From: Moniliella sp. 'wahieum'
Taxonomy: Eukaryota
DNA: 20,000 nt
Reading direction: 5' to 3'
Assembly: GCA_003971905.1 (NCBI GenBank)
Contig: RSEE01000120.1
Coordinates: 174,493-194,492 of the forward strand
Below the pieces are notes generated by a model. It worked only from the letters and a program-made list of their open reading frames with translations. It was not told where the DNA came from and made no database searches. Each line of letters opens with the position of its first letter. Position 1 is the stretch's first letter. Made by a program: the position numbers and the translations under genes. Positions 19,051 through 20,000 of the stretch are shown one piece after another.

Positions 19051-20000
19051 GCGTCGCTGGTGGCGGTTAGGGGCAGACGCTGCTCGAGGAGACGGAGGTG
19101 GTGCGGCGGGGCATGCATGGAAGCACCCTCGGGTGGGTTGGCTGCTGTTGCGGTTGGTGGGGGGAGGGGAACGGGCGCAGCGCCACAGCCGCAGTCTAGC
19201 AACCCGCGGGGGTCCGGGGTGCTGCTGGGATTGCCCCGGCACGCACAGAGCAGTCACGTGATGGCTGCCGCGTGTTATCACCCGTTTTATCGTCCGCTTG
19301 GCCCTCTCCCTGCGTGGCCGAGGCCGTATCCGGGCGTCCCGCTCTGCTGGCTCCCTGCATTTGCCAGCCGCATCAACTCCTGCTCCGCTAGCCGATCTGC
19401 CTTCTAGTGGCGTCCTGTTGGGCCTGCTCAGCTCGGGATTGGCCACCTGCACACACGTACACCGGGCTTGCACCACCTCGGCTGGAGCAGGATCGTTATT
19501 GTACTACGTTCCCATGTCCCTTGTGTGTTGTCATTTCCTCATGGGAGGGTTTTCTTGCGGTGTGGGGCGAATCCGGATGGATCGAACTTGGGTTTCCGTT
19601 TGTTTTCCTGGGATGAACAGATTGAAGAGACCGTGTTAGTTGTTTTTTCTACAGTGCGTGAAAGATGCTTTGAATATCATTCAGAGCTTTCCTTAAAGCG
19701 CCAACCACACTTCCGCGGGGCCTTTTCTCCCCTCATTCTATTCACCTATCAATGAAGACCAGGATCTTGATCTAACCCACGATAAGCACAGGATGGCAGT
19801 GTTGGCGTGATGGCAAAATACGCTGGTATGCCAGCTTTTCGTAATCTCTTGTCCGACTCTCTCCCCTCTGTATCCTTCCTCTGTCGAGAAGTGTCTTCTT
19901 GAAATAGAACAACCGCCTCTCCCTCATTTCCTTCGTCTTCCACAGGCAGACAACGAAATAGATGGACCCAAAACGCGCTTCCTTCGCTGAATATATTAAG

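Overview
Eukaryotic DNA, almost certainly fungal (spliceosomal GT-AG introns with CTRAC branch sites, an intron-containing tRNA, an OPT transporter); a basidiomycete origin is possible but only inferred. Recognisable host genes: a divergent OPT-family oligopeptide transporter (minus, ~12458-9552), tRNA-Thr(AGT) with a 12-nt intron (3843-3926), a mitochondrial-carrier-like fragment (~16340-15840, minus), the 5' end of a gene running off the left edge, and two unidentified GC-rich coding-like stretches at 16.6-19.1 kb. The intergenic space is rich in retroelement relics. These are three solo LTRs of one family (859-1107, 6531-6765, 12982-13324), two LTRs of a second family (2340-3362, ~8590-9149), a candidate 144-bp mini-LTR (14490-14633), and two 5'-truncated copies of a non-LTR retrotransposon with a zinc knuckle and restriction-like endonuclease (RLE; CRE/Cnl1/MoTeR-like). 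One RLE copy is nested in a solo LTR with a 10-bp TSD. The genes carry many 1-nt frameshifts, several at short homopolymers, which look more like long-read indel error than pseudogenisation. I found no clearly new multi-gene system. The best lead is the poly(A)-less, non-telomeric RLE retrotransposon and its possible target preference.
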